A DNA stretch of 64,000 bases from Paecilomyces variotii (GCA_004022145.1 RCNU01000001.1); one strand, 5' to 3'. Counted from the stretch's first letter, positions 50,515 through 64,000 are shown. Numbers and translations are program-made. The notes: generated by a model from the sequence alone, not told the origin.

Positions 50515-52081
50515 CATGGTCCATACATGCTGTGGGTCCTATCGTTTCGGTAGTGATCATCATTGGGGGACCCCTCTTGAGCCACCCTGTTGTAACAGCA
50601 CCTCCATACCGTCTGAGTGACATCCAGAGTCTTCATGACCTTGATGAGAGATGATGATAATACGTGTTTTACCTTTGTCCCATTAGCCAGTCTAAATCTA
50701 TTTGATATCTAGCCTGTCCGTCGCAGATCCAACTTACTCTCAGTGAGAGAGCAAGGCTCTTCCAAGCCCCGTGTACTTATCTCGCTCTGTTCGCCATCTC
50801 TGGTCGTCTCTGACGCTCTGCAGGAGCGCTTACGTCTGGCCATTTTGTCCACTCCCCCATTTTGTTGCGCTTTTCATGCAGCAGATTATGGTATGGCGAC
50901 GAATGTTTAGATTTCCTCAACACTTGGATTCTTGCCGTGACTGTAGACCTATTATACTGCGACTACACCAGCGTTATCTGCATGTTTGTCCTGGGAACCG
51001 CTCTGTCATTGTTCTCTGGCAGGACATGGATCATTTCCCGTTCTGAGTTGCACATTCGACTCTTTGCTCCGTTTATTTGAAAGAGCCAGTTGCCTCTTCC
51101 TCGCAGCAGCAGATTCCCCGTTGGTTATGGTTCGCAAGCATGATATACTATACATTTTGTACATATGCATCTTTGTTATTAGATACCACTGCACATTTGA
51201 ATTACAGCTGAAGTCGTTACACTTCTGTCAACGAAAGGAGCCTTCCACTACGAGCCACCTAGTAAGATCGAGTAGGTCCAGAAATCGGCGGTGTAGACCG
51301 CAGAGCAGATGTCGGCAATTCCGATTCTTTTCTGAAAGCACATCATCCCTTGTAGGTACAAGGTGCCATTATTACTGGGTATTCTGCATGGAGCCAGAAT
51401 GAACCGTGCTTTCCTTGGGCCCTCAACCTGGAACAAGACTAGTTAGTTGAGAGAAGGCAACCCAAGTGGCCACAAAAGACACAAGACCCCAAGCCCAACC
51501 ACACAACCAATTGCAGCATAAACTTGACAGCCTATCTCATAATATAGGTAGTTATAGGAAGTATGGTAGTTAGTCATACAGTCAAATATGTAACTAGTTA
51601 GGTATGTATCTAAGATATCTCGCATACATAACTCTTAAAAACTCTACCCAACCCAACCAGAGAATCTCGGCCAAAAGACGTAGGCTAGTTAGTTAACTAA
51701 GACTATCTACGGAGTACTCCGTATTCTAATTTAAAAAAGTAGCGGTGTGCAGGAAACATGACCCCCTCGGACTCCTCTTTTCGCTTGCGCTTTGCCCCTC
51801 CCCGTCTGTGCCCCGAGCTTTCGGGCTGCCTAGCAACTATGCTGGGGCGGGGTGTCCGAAGCGCGTAGGTATCTGACCACGAATAATACTCTGTAGACGG
51901 TTGATGATAAACGCATGTAGTTCTAGTTAAGACACAGGATAATCGAGATGGTAACTACCAGTAATTTTCACAGTTACAACTTACTAGAGTAGAATATAAG
52001 CCACCAATTAACTGCATCTTCCACATCCCCAATCTAACAGGGATAACGATAAGGGGGGTTTAGATAGAGAGAGAAAGAGGA

Positions 52082-52094
52082 GGGGGGGGGGGGG
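52082..52094 (+). repeat. Poly-G (13 nt) preceded by GA repeats
   Basis: Read directly. Confidence 0.8.
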
Positions 52095-53660
52095 TGAAGG
52101 TGAGATCTCAACCAGGTCGCGGTCCAGTTTTTCTCTCTAATAATTGTGGGGATTTAAACCAAACTTACCAAGTTGAGGAATGATAATACGTACTACAATC
52201 CGCACCATAGACATTAGTGCCAAAGCCAAGCGCAAACAAGCACTGTGCGAAGATGGACCCGGGGAATAATAGAGAAAAAGCTTAGCCAAGGTTAAACCGT
52301 TAACCGTATGGTATATTAGTACGGAGTACATATATGCAAGTACGCGGGCATTTTAGTGTTTCTCTAGAGTGCTTCCTATGGTAAGTTTATAACTAGGACG
52401 TGGGGGTGGTTTCGTCACGCAATATTTCTCTTGGAATAATCTGTTATTATTACCTAGCTGACGTTATTTGCCTGCTAGAGTTCAGCTTCAGCGGCAAATG
52501 CGCTTGGTGCCCACACTCTATCAAGACAGAGGAGTACATACTTCCCCGACTCATCCATTTGATACCGGAGAAAGAAGTCTGGGATCCTTAACCGAGTGCC
52601 TAGGGCGTACTTAACTTATCTACCGAACATCTTCAATAGGCAAAAGATAGGCAGGTTTGAACCCGCCAGCTCCAAGGTCCAATTCCTCTTCCCGACCACT
52701 AGATACGCGCGTTTCACGATCCGAATATCCCGATCAACCAGCCGGCCAGCCAGCCAGCCAGCAATCCAATATTTCATATCGTATTATTATTGACTACATC
52801 AAAACCCATTGCCACGGTGTACGTGCATAATGCAAGGGGCTCTGTATACCCCCACCTCCTTCTCCGCTACGTAGTAGTTACTCCACAAGAAACAGAAACA
52901 AGCATCACTAAGCTTTTTGTCCTGCGGTCGGAATTGAAATATGATCTACCAATCCCCAATCCTAAATATGGAATAGTTAGACTATGCCCCGATACTTTAC
53001 TCCGCAAATATACCTAGACGATTATGATTCTTCCAGAGCTTTGGTTCTGCAGTCTATAGTTAGTTACATTGGTAGCTGACGTATTGTATTGCCTTTCCTA
53101 CCTACACGTAAGTTACTCCAGTTATAGTGATACTTATATGATAGGTATGATAAGTTATGCAAAACATATCTCATTTCCCGACCGAGTGGATGTCCGACGA
53201 TGTATCTAGTGCTAGGAGAAAGTGTGTAATGGAAAGCTTAGCGTTCGACACCGCATCTGGAGATGATCGAATTGCTTATTCTTGAAGATTTTTAAAGACA
53301 AAGGGTTGATCCGTGTCTTGCTAAGTAGTGAAGTAACTACATAGCATAATAAGATAGTGAAATCCGCGAATTAGGTTGAGCCGGGGTCAGGTCGTGTCAG
53401 ACGGAAAGAATATGCTTTGGACAAGTCCTTTGCCCGATCGAGGAAGATAAAAAAAGAATGGAAAAGTGGGAAAGAGAGTTTCATTACTTAAATCCCAAAT
53501 TATGGTTGACCTTTTTCCCTTGTTTGGGATCATAGTTATAACTAGTCGGTATGACAATGATTCACCCCCCACCCCCCAAAAAAGTCCATATTACATCTAG
53601 AAGGCGAGTAGCTGGCAAATCGACGCTGAAAAAATGACCACCATGGGATGGAGGCCCTAA

Positions 53661-54030
53661 ACGGACGCACTTATCGATTGGCAAGCGGCTAGGGTCGAGC
53701 CAGTCCTCTGGTATGCAGGTAAGGTGCCCGACTTTGCAATAGAACATGTAATAAGCATGAGAACATTCGAAATCTGCTCACGCCTAAGCTCTCGGGACCA
53801 AGAAGGATGGATGAACGCTTTTTTTCATCTTGATTACAACTACAGGAACTGGAAGGACGGTGCAGTAGCTCTGCGCCATGAGTTGATTGAAACAACCCAG
53901 AAGCTGGGATTGCAAGAGGTGAATCATCATCCTAGGAAATGATGATCTGGATTAGACGGGATATCTCAAGATTCCTTGTCATGCTGGCTCAATGCTGTCC
54001 CCGAAGAATGCTGGTCAGATATCGTCTGTA
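53661..54030 (+). pseudogene. Decayed fragment of fungal APH-like/Aim9-like phosphotransferase gene
   Basis: Stop-bounded frame ALIDWQAARVEPVLWYAGKVPDFA..WKDGAVALRHELIET, then frameshifted LSCWLNAVPEECW. No start codon and no HxD catalytic motif. Confidence 0.55.
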
Positions 54031-54470
54031 TTATCCTTAACTTGAAATATCATCCGAGCGCCTTCCATACACTGGTTGGGGATGTGCACTAATCTTCACA
54101 GGTTACAGTATGTTGAGGTTGTATGCATATGTATACTAAGCTTCACCGCAGAATCCGTCCTCGGCGACAAACTAAATTCTTAGAGGTCGCAAAAAAGAAC
54201 AAAAAGAACACATTCTCTCCGGCAGTTGACTGCGCATCGTAGCATTCACCACACAATTCCACTGCCCACAAACTAAAGACTGCATAGATGCGATATATTT
54301 GACGACTTGGACTGTATGTCTCCAAATGATTCTAAGCACTAGTCTATGAGGTATCAAACTTTTCAAATGTCTGCATACGCTTCCTTCCTGTAGGAAATTG
54401 CGCTGAATCGCCGACCAGGACGTAGAGGACATGGAATCCAGATAACCGTGGCTCGTGACGAAGAAAGGTA

Positions 54471-56454
54471 TCACTTGAATTCTGCCATAAACTCCGCGTG
54501 GAACTTGACGATACGCTCAACCCAGTCCGTACCCGGAGCCAAGAAAGTGGTTCGGAAGTGGAATGTGCCCTCTTTCTGACCGAAGCCAGAACCGGGTACG
54601 ACACAAACACCCGTCGCGTCCAGCAAGCGCAGACAGTAGAATTCATCAGGGAAGCGGTTCTTGGCCTTCGCAGCCTCGACGGCCTTAGGTGGCAGAGTGA
54701 TGGTAGGGAACAGGTACATGGCACCCTGGCATATGTTAGCTCTGGATTATTGCGACCAAATTAACATCTCCACTCACCTGCGGCTCCTGGCACTCGACGC
54801 CTTCCATCTTCTTGAAGGCCTCGTACAAAGCCAATGCGCGCTTGTGCAGACCATCCCGAATGCCCGTGTATTCTTTCTGGTACAGCTCGTAGCTGGGCTC
54901 GCCCTCCTTCGGGGGGTTGACCATCAGTTCAACCAAGCACTGGCCAATAACTGGAGGGCAGAGCATGATACTGATAAACTTGTAGATCTCAGCCGCAACA
55001 TCAGGGTGGAAGCCAACAAGTTCGAAGTAGCCACCACGGTGACCACACTCTCCAACCATACCCTTGGAGACACTGTGCAGCGAAGCAAGCTCGACATGGT
55101 CATATCGTCCAGGCACAGCCTTCTGCAGCTCTCGTAGGCGCTTCTTAAACGAGGTGAATTCTCCAACAAACACGTTGGTCTGATAGACCTCGTCAGCAAT
55201 CACCACGAGGTTCTCGTCCACAGCGAGATCGAGCACGCTCTTGATATCCTCCGGACTTAGCGAAGCTCCAGTTGGGTTTCCCGGGTTAATAACCACAATC
55301 GCACGGACGTCAATACCGTCTGCCTTGGCCTTGGCCACGGACGCTCGGATTGCGTCGACTTCGGTACCCCAAGCCTTCTCCTCCTCCAGATGGTATGGTA
55401 CACATTGTGCGTCCAGCACAGACAATGTGGCCGTGTAAAGGGGATACTGCGGGATTGGAACGAGGATACCGGTCTTAGGACCCTCGCACATGACGTTCAG
55501 CAGAGTGTTAACACCCGAAGACGCCCCACCAGAGAGGTAGATATCGTTGGGGTTCGCGGGGAAGCCATCACGCTGCTCGATGAATTTCGCTACGCTGGCT
55601 CTCACTGCCGGGGAGCCGTGGCTCTGGCTGTATGCGCCCACACTGCGAATATCCTTCAGCAACCTTTTGGCGCGGTCAATAACATCCTGCTTGTATCCAA
55701 GTCCGTTCTTCAACACATCCTCGTTCTCCAGCAGGGGGGGGTATTCGAGCAAACTCAGGACCTGGCGGAAGAAGGTAATAGGCTTCTGGTCCAGCTGCTG
55801 AGGGTTTCCGATGTTGGCAAAGATCACACTGTCGAACGGCAAGGATTTGTCGCCCTTCTCCAGCCGCACACGATATTCCTCTGCCTTCGTGGCCAGCTCT
55901 CCACGGACGGCATACTTAGCGGCTTTGACGTTGGGGTTGATGTTGTCGACCGTAAGACGGCCGAAACGAGGGAGGGACATCTTGGGGTCCGATTTTGACA
56001 GGTCTATATACCAACAAGGTGCTAGTTAGCTGACGGGACGGTCTTCCTCGGTAAATTTAACGTTGTGAGAATATCTTCCTGGTCCTCCCAGGGCAACGAG
56101 GACTCTCGGAAACAGAAGGCTGGCCACGGAGCTTCCCGGGTGACTAGAGGTACACGCGACAACACAGTGAGTGGGGTTGAAGGACAGACTAATAATTTAC
56201 GGACCCAAAAGACGAAGCCAATGTTTCGGGACAACTTGACAGCTGTAGACCACGGAGGGGAGGAGGGGCTTGTATCATTACTTAAAAGGACGACGCTCAA
56301 AACTCGTACCTGGAGAGCTAGCGAGACTCTGACCCCGCGTCGAGCTCAAGAAGCGCTGGGGGACATATAAATGCCCTGTGAAGTTGCCGGGCCATCGGAG
56401 AGAGCATGGCCGCGGAGTAAACCGAGCACGGCATAGCGATATAGTCTGGTTCAT
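54471..56454 (-). CDS. alaA: Alanine aminotransferase (PLP-dependent) with spliced mitochondrial presequence
   Basis: YAVRGE, NIGNPQ, INPGNPTG, ADEVYQ and SLHSVSKGMVGECGHRGGY (PLP Lys). Upstream exon 56310-56454 splices in frame via intron 56004-56309 to ...DLSKSDPKMSLPRF. Confidence 0.92.
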
Positions 56455-57133
56455 GTTGTTTTAAGATGCCGATACCCACCAGGAAGGGGGAATATCTTCC
56501 CGCGCGGCGGAAGATTTCGCGATAGATGGTTTCTGTGGGCGGTGAGGGCGCAACCCCGATAGATAGTCTAGTAGGCCAGAAGCCAGTCGCACAGCCAAGG
56601 GGAATCCATCATAACGGCCTTCTCCGCGCATCTATATATGACAAAAGAATTTGCAGAGGGAAATCTAGACCAGGGGATGAGATGTTGAAAGAAGCAGTCA
56701 AGGATATCTATTGGGTTCAAGATCTGGCTGCGCCGTTGGTTGAGATCGAGATCAGACGGCACAACGCAGGGATTGTTGCACCGGGGTGAGACGAGCAGCA
56801 TCGGATTTTAATCATTGGTTGCGCTGGTAATAATGTTAGGACGTTTACAAGGTCGCGTCAGGAGCAAGAAAGACGAGAACTGACGATGGCTGTCATGGCA
56901 TGGTCCCTCCGACGACAATCGGGAGGAGTTCCAGTTACAGCTGATAACGACATGGAAACGCGCCCGATTATAACCAGGGACCTATCTACGGAAATAATAG
57001 TCTCACTTGAGCCATGTCATGGAAAAGTTCAAGGTATATCAGTCGTCATTTTATGTCAATGCAGCCATGTATCTGAATGGACAACAAATCCCCCGACACC
57101 CACCCGGCCGAGAAAACACGTAGAACATCACAT

Positions 57134-58730
57134 CTAGCTTCGTTCGCTTCCGCGCAGTCTGACGGTTTGTCCGTATTTCTGCAGCTTCGTGATAAGAGCA
57201 TCACCCTGCTTAACCACATCCGCATACTGCTTGTTCTTGTCGTCAGGCCGGTTGGTCTCGATGATGCCATTGACCCGGTCGATTGTGCAAGGTATCCGGT
57301 CGGCAGCGATAAACTTAGCCAGATCCCTAGATTGTGTCAGTATAGCCTGTGATGACCGCCAATATACTGGTACATACCGGTCGAGGAAGTCCACTGTCAC
57401 GCCAAAGTCGCTGGCCATGCTAGCCAGTCCAACCACCCTGTAGCTCTGGAGGAGCTGCTGGTATCCTCTCAGTCTCATCTCCCGGACAAACCAAGCGCGG
57501 TGCTCGTAGAGATATCGGTCCTGCGTGAGGAAGTTGTCCTCGACAGCAGCAAGGGCGACGAAAAATGAGCGATAGTCGCCATTGTACAGGCTACTGACCA
57601 GGTTGGCCAAGGGCGAGAAGTCCATGGGGGCTTCAGCCTCAGCCTGGGTGCCGGAGCCAGTACCCAGCGTCGTCAGGTTGACGACCGTGGATGCTGTGCC
57701 CGGAGTAGCGCTCGACACGGAGACATCCTTCATCTCCTCATCCGCCGCTGCTGGTCCCGAAGAGACAGCACCAGTCAGAGCAGCGATTCTGTTGTCTTCA
57801 CCTTCTCCAAGGATAGCCTTGATTTCCGGCGCATCCACCACCTTGGCCTTGAAGTCGACTCTCTTGAGGGAAAGCGAACCGGCTAGGACAGCGTAGATCA
57901 CAAGGGCGGAATAACTGCAGAGTTCATAGCTGGTAAAGGTAGACAAACTGTCCAGCAGAAGAGGAGCAGCAAGGTTGTATGAGCGGATCGTAAGAAGGTG
58001 AAGGCCCTTGTACGCCTTCAATCGGTTCCTCCGGTCCCAGTCACCACCGCTCTCCACCAACGCATTCGCGCGCTCAACCTGCTTCTTGACAAATACCCGG
58101 TCACCGAAGAACAATCCTACCCGGATCATCGCCAGCACCAGATCGATCTTTGTGCCAAGAATGCCCGTCTTCTCGAGCACGTCCTCGTATGACGTGATTG
58201 CCTTGTCCTGTAGGAACATGGACCGTCAGCGCTCTATCCTGAGTGAAATATCCTATGCCTGTCATTCTCACCTTGTCTCCTACTCGGGCCCAGAACTCTG
58301 CGCGCTTGCCACGGGCAGCTTGCACTTCCGTGTCTCCAGCAGCTTCGGCCGCCTCTTCCTCCTCCTTCTGGTATGCCTCCAGCTCCTTCTTATTCTCCTC
58401 TACCAACGACTCGTAAAGCTTCTCGTCCCATGGAAAAACAATCTTATTCGAAAGCTTCTTTGTCGCGAGCAGGTTGGAGGTGATAACCTGCTTGTTGGTG
58501 CCGTGCTGGGCATGTTGAGGAAGGCCTTCACCGGTGCTGTTCAGGATACCTTCGACGGGATGTGCGAGGTGTCGGTATAGGGGAGCCATCTTGTGTTCCT
58601 CGATCGCATTCTGAAGCTTCTTCAGCGAATTCTGCTGCACCGTGGGCGAACATGATGGATTGGAGATGTTGAAGATGTCCTGGGCGAGGGTGAGGTCGGG
58701 GTACTTGGCGTATTGCGGATCGGACCCCAT
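57134..58730 (-). CDS. rpn7: 26S proteasome lid subunit Rpn7
   Basis: MGSDPQYAKYP.., GGDWDRRNRLKAYKG, PCI domain (YQQLLQSYRVVGLASMASDFGVTVDFLD), IDRVNGIIETNRPDDKN. Two introns. Confidence 0.96.
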
Positions 58731-60000
58731 GGTGGCGGGGAATGAAGAAAACGACGGCTCAGGAGAGGGACGAGGAGGGCGAAATAGGAGGGAGGGCCAG
58801 GGAGTGTAGCAAGCAGAGTTGTTTGGTTTCAAAGACGGGTTGGGTTACGTCTGGATGTTTGGACGATGATATCCAGGCTGCGGTGCTCACGTAGCTGACC
58901 CGAGCTCAGCTGGGGCCACGTTTTTCCAGCTCCGAGCATCGCCCGCTTACAACATTGACATGCAAGGAACCTCACAGCTAGTACTCTCAAGTTCTTTTCT
59001 TTTCCTAATGATGGTTTATTCCTTGATGGGTGCTAATATTCAGTGTGCTCTATGATTTGTCATTGAGTTTATCTCAGGGAACACACATCCTCGTGATATT
59101 CCCCATCGGTTATATATTTTGTCGGCGCACAAAGCGTACGTACAGGTGATCTGTCGTATCATCCATTTGTAGCAGGTTCTTTGATATCCTAATTATAAGG
59201 TAGAACCTATTATAGTAGATCACTAGGATCTAGATACTTTGTATTCTATAGGGGATAACCATGCGTTCACCCCCCCGCCTAGAACTAGAGTCAAGCAAGC
59301 AAGTCAAGCAGCCCAGATATATCAGCTAGGTGGTCCAATATAATGACCGTGCTTCCGTGCTTTGGACTCGACATATTTCCTCGTCTGCTTTTGTCGCATG
59401 TACTGTATTACTTATATCTCCTAGGATTCCTATGGCGCGTATTCCAAATATACAAATATACGGAATCCAAATGCATTGATACATCTGGCATGCTCATTTC
59501 TGATTGGCAGCGCTAGCTTTGCCTACCCTTCGATACCATCTGTTTCCAATTTGTGTTGTGAAAGGTGGTGGTATATGATGGGGCCCTTCGATTTAATCGA
59601 CTGGAGGATCTTGATTCCACGGTTGACATAGATTGCGAGACGGCTGAGTTCTTAATTACCAATAAGTTTCTACAATAGTTAACTAGTTCAGGATAGCCAT
59701 TCTTTCCCTTACAAATGTCGTCCCTTTTGAGATATTGCCCCCAGTGCATATTCTGATGTGGACAATAGTGTATTATGAAAGATTGGAAATTGAAGAGTCT
59801 TGGTTTGCGGTTGTATGGCCCGCTACTTAATCTGTTCAACCCGCCCCCTCCGTAACTTTCAGAGCTCGGATAGCAGCAGCTTCTTGATCAGAATTAGAGG
59901 CAGTGTTCCTGAAATTCCCAAACCATTTTACTTTTTGCGTGCGTGTATTTTTCCGCGTCTATGTGCGAGCTCAGATCCGATCTCGAGTCTTGGTGGCACC

Positions 60001-60226
60001 CACGTGCGGCGCCTTTAACCCACATGTTTTAGCACTGCGTAACTAGTGGAACCCCAGAGAAGAGAAGGTGGATTCGGATAATTTTTATATCGGGTCACTC
60101 ACTTCCTGCAGTGTACTACACGGTCTCGACTAGCACCAACTGTGAGACGATGTAGGCCGCTTGATGAATGTACGCGTTGGCCATCGTTGTCAACTCGCCA
60201 GTTGCAATGATACTGCCCAGCACGTG
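60001..60226. promoter_or_regulatory. CACGTG boxes (Pho4/PalcA-type) upstream of git1
   Basis: CACGTG at 60001-60006 and 60221-60226. Confidence 0.45.
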
Positions 60227-60584
60227 GAAATGCTGGGCTGAGCCGGTGAGCTGGTTGGTCGATAACCAGGCAGGGTTGCACCCGCTAGAGGAGGGCCGAT
60301 CGGGAGAGCCGACAGTATAACCGCTTTGGCGCAGAGCTTGAACGTGAACCTTCTAGCATTCTGGCTCAAGAGAGGCTAAGAATCATGGTCTATCCACGGA
60401 GGCGAATCGGTTGCATCCCGCTCTGGGATATCCGCTGATAACGTCTCGTGCCTCGTGGAGCGGTACAAATGCCTGGCTGTCCGCTGTCCTCTCGACTGTC
60501 AGTCCGATCAACTCTGCTCCTGTAGACTGTCCAATTCCTCGCGCTGGAGCGCTACTGTTGATACTTAACGGACCAGCTATAGCC

Positions 60585-62360
60585 ATGGCCTCCAAGCGGG
60601 ACCAGAGCACTTACCCCGACGCTGCGGCTGAAAAGCAGCAGCTCCCTATCGACAGCGTGACGAACAGTGTCGACGGGCCTGTCGAGATCGTGCCACTGGA
60701 AAATCTTCCCAAGAGTCGTTGGGAGCGCAGTTGGCCTACCATTGCTTGTGGTGCTGGTCTCTTTTCCGACGGTTATCTCAATGGGGTGGGTGGATGTTCT
60801 ACATATACGTACTCTTATCGCGGGGTTGAAAGGGCTGACACGAGCGAACTACAGGTGATCGGGTCCGTGAACACCATCCTGGGTATCCTCTATCCCAAGG
60901 AATATGAAAACTCTCCCGCTAGCCAGAATGTTTCGTCCATCACCTTCGCGGGAACGGTGCTGGGGCAGCTCGTGTTTGGAGTTGTCAGTGACCACTGGTC
61001 GCGCAAATGGGCGCTGATGATTTCCACTATCATTCTCATCATCTTCGCGGCGCTCTCTGCCGGTTCTTACGGGTTGGACGGTAGCATCTATGGCATGTTC
61101 GCCGCGCTGACTGCCTATCGTTTCTTCCTCGGAGTGGGCATTGGCGGAGAATACCCTGCGGGGTCCGTCGCGGCGGCCGAGAGCACGGGTGAACTGAAGA
61201 AGGGTCATCGCAACCGTTGGTTCATCATGTTCACCAACTTTCAGATCGATGCCGGATTCGTTGTTGCCGCCATTGTCCCAATGATCCTGGTGCTTATCTT
61301 CACGGAGGATCATTTGCGGGCTGTCTGGCGTGTGGCTCTGGGGCTCGGGGTCATTCCACCCCTCAGTCTGTTCTATCTGCGATTGAAGCTGAATGAACCC
61401 GAGGAGTTCAACCGGGAGCGGATGCACAAGTACCCTGTCTGGCTGATTATCAAGTACTACTGGTGGCGTCTGGTAAGGCTGGCCGGCCTTTTTCTTTCTT
61501 CGCTTGCATGCGACTTATACTGACATGTTAACCCAGAGTGTCGTCTCCTTGATCTGGTTCGTCTATGACTTCTCGTCGTATTCATTCTCTATTTACTCGT
61601 CCAAGTGGATCAACATTATCATCGGCGGGGAGGCTCCGCTGTGGCAGCAGTTTGGCTGGAACACCCTTGTCAACGCCTTCTACATCCCTGGCTCGTTCCT
61701 GGGAGCGTTTGTGAGCGACTGGCTGGGCCCCCGCAACGCACTGGCCTTTGGAGTTCTCGCTCAGGGAATCATTGGATTCATCATGTCGGGCTGTTACGCA
61801 TGGCTGGCCACTCCGCAGTACGTTGCTGCGTTCGTTGTGGTCTATGGGTAAGAGGAGCCTTCGGATATCTTGTAATCGCGACTGACATGTGAAGAATCTT
61901 TCTGTCTCTTGGTGAGCTTGGTTCTGGTAACAACATCGGACTGATTGCCTCCAAAACGAGTGCTACTGCCATCCGTGGCCAGTACTATGGGATCGCCGCC
62001 GCGATGGGCAAGATTGGTGCCTTCGTGGGAACGTATGTTCTCCCGATTGTTCAGAAGAACGCCCCCAACCCGACCCGTTCTGGACAGGATCCTTTCTTCG
62101 TGTCGAGTGCGCTGTGCATCTTCAGTGCGGCGCTGGCGTTCTTCCTGCTCCCGCATATTGGACAGGTAAGTTACGATCTCGGCAACAATGGGCCGCTTCA
62201 GTACTGATCAGTATCTCTGCAGGACACGATTACGGAGGAGGATCTTAATTTCCGTGCCTATCTCGAGGCGAATGGCTACGATACTTCCAACATGGGCAAT
62301 AGGGACGCCAAGGAGCGAACCCCCCAGAACGCTGCGCCTGAAGTCACCGCGGAAGTATGA
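60585..62360 (+). CDS. git1: MFS glycerophosphodiester (glycerophosphoinositol) transporter
   Basis: CGAGLFSDGYLN, GVGIGGEYPAGSV, GELGSGNNIGLIASKTSATAIRGQYYGIAAAMGKIGAFVG. Four coding introns. Confidence 0.88.
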
Positions 62361-63333
62361 GTCTCTTAAAATCTTGAACCAGGACCGCACGGCAGACGAC
62401 AGTGAGTACCAGTCTCATCACCTTCTGCACATGTCCAGTAATACGGTACCGCCCACACTCCGGGGGTAGTCGCTTTGTCGCGTCTACAGCTACATGGGAA
62501 CAGCAGCCCTCGCCAGTTGAACTCGCCCGTTAGTGATGGTAGAGAGTTGAGACGAGAGCTGGGTGCAGCCATGATCTCACCGCCCAACGATGATAGAGAA
62601 GGCCCGATGCAGCATGGAAAAGAGACGAGTCGTAGAGGCGCAGTCCCACGTGTCCAATGGATGGAGGCGATCGATTTGGCCCTTCGTATTTCAAAATTTA
62701 TGCCCAAGATCCCGTGTACCTTAGCGTTGCCCTGTGCCGGAAGGGAGATGATTGTATAATTGTTAGCTACCAAGAGCCCACGAGCTTCCAGCACTCTCCT
62801 TCGCAGCCATCCTCTCCGAACGGCCGAGTGCCTTCGTAAATGCCCTCGAGGAGCATCCCACCCAACTGTCAACTCATGACAGCCAAACCAATTGGACAGT
62901 AGACGATCTCACATCGATCAAAAGAGCAGCCGTCGATCCATCGAGAGTGCGCATGGTTGTGTGCGGGGGACCATATAGATGGCGATTCCTCTCGTCTTCT
63001 CTGGCTTCTCCATCTCCCGGTCGCAGAGATGTGGGGAGAGATGGCGCGCGGTCGGGGTAAGTAAGTCGTTTCCCCGCGTCTCCGAAAGACGAGTCAAAAG
63101 GAGGTGAATGTCATCTTCAAGCTCATTTCTCTCTTCTTTTTGGATTTAAATCCATCCTAGGGATTATTATTATTAGTATTATTTAATCATTGAGAAAGTT
63201 CAACTGCAGTGGGGTGGGAATCCAGAGTCAGTTAAGTGATAACTAAAGGATTAACTTAACTACTAACTAGTTCCAACTTCACGGACATCCGCAACGGCAT
63301 CGCACTCACGGCGGTCGGCTTTCCCCAGCCCAG

Positions 63334-63339
63334 CCGAGG
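63334..63339. promoter_or_regulatory. CCGAGG FarA/FarB-type fatty-acid response element upstream of pex11
   Basis: CCGAGG about 265 bp upstream of the pex11 ATG. A single hexamer. Confidence 0.35.
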
Positions 63340-63601
63340 TTGACCACTTAATTAAATCGACACAATCCATCCTCCATCCCTGACGTCTCCGACTCCATAT
63401 AGTGTGTCTGTTTCCGTTCCTAGACCCGCATTCTCTCTCTTCTTTCTCCTCTCTCCCATCCTTATCCAAGCCTCCACGTCTAGCCCGGTCTCCGCCGACA
63501 TAAATAAATACCGGAAGCACCGGACGTCACCAGCAGTCATCTCAGTACTCATCATTCACGAACAAGTCGTGCAATCGAACAAAGTCATCACCACCACAAC
63601 C

Positions 63602-64000
63602 ATGGTTGCTGACGCCGTTATCTACCACCCTGCGGTGGCTCATTACCTGCGCTTCGTCGCTACGACCGGTAGGTAGACTCGTTGATTCTTATCCTTATCG
63701 CTCATCCTCGATCAAAACGCAGGATGAAGGAGGAGATGTGACGGTCGCAATGCGGGATCTTCTCTCCCGTCCATATCAGATGGAACATGGAGAGACGAGT
63801 TTACTGATGATCTATAATAGTTGGTCGCGACAAGCTGCTGCGAACCCTCCAGTACTTCTCCCGCTTCTACGCCTGGTACCTGTTCCGTACCAACCGCCCC
63901 CAGACCGCGATCGCACCCTTCGAATCCATCAAGAAGCAGTTCGGTCTGACGCGAAAGATCCTCCGTATCGGCAAGTTCATTGAACACTTCAAGGCCGCTG
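63602..64000 (+). CDS. pex11: Peroxin Pex11, 5' part (runs off the window)
   Basis: MVADAVIYHPAVAHYLRFVATT, intron, VGRDKLLRTLQYFSRFYAWYL..RKILRIGKFIEH. Confidence 0.93.

Noticed and set aside
1-64000. CRISPR arrays, rRNA, intact tRNA, intact transposons or Starship captain
   Set aside because: No spaced repeats, RNA gene structures, transposase, reverse transcriptase or tyrosine-recombinase ORFs were seen.

Overview
Intron-rich filamentous-ascomycete DNA (Eurotiales, Aspergillus-like). The left arm holds housekeeping genes: gem1, creC, an ArfGAP, msrB, a CUE-Smr nuclease, a GPI cell-wall protein, rsc9, a likely Rec114 orthologue and an Rgt1-like Zn2Cys6 factor. The right arm holds rib7, aceA, alanine aminotransferase, rpn7, git1 and the start of pex11. 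Between them (about 30.5-43 kb) is an accessory-looking block with two notable units. The first is a P450 + 7TM (DUF7702-like) + membrane-anchored sulfotransferase-like trio whose promoters share a repeated CGAAGGATG element, including an identical 16-mer. The second is a secreted, probably Kex2-processed polyprotein with two RNase T1-like domains (one probably active, one pseudo-enzyme), transcribed divergently from a DUF3632-like gene. Exon-intron structures were read by hand. All family assignments come from motif recognition, not database searches.
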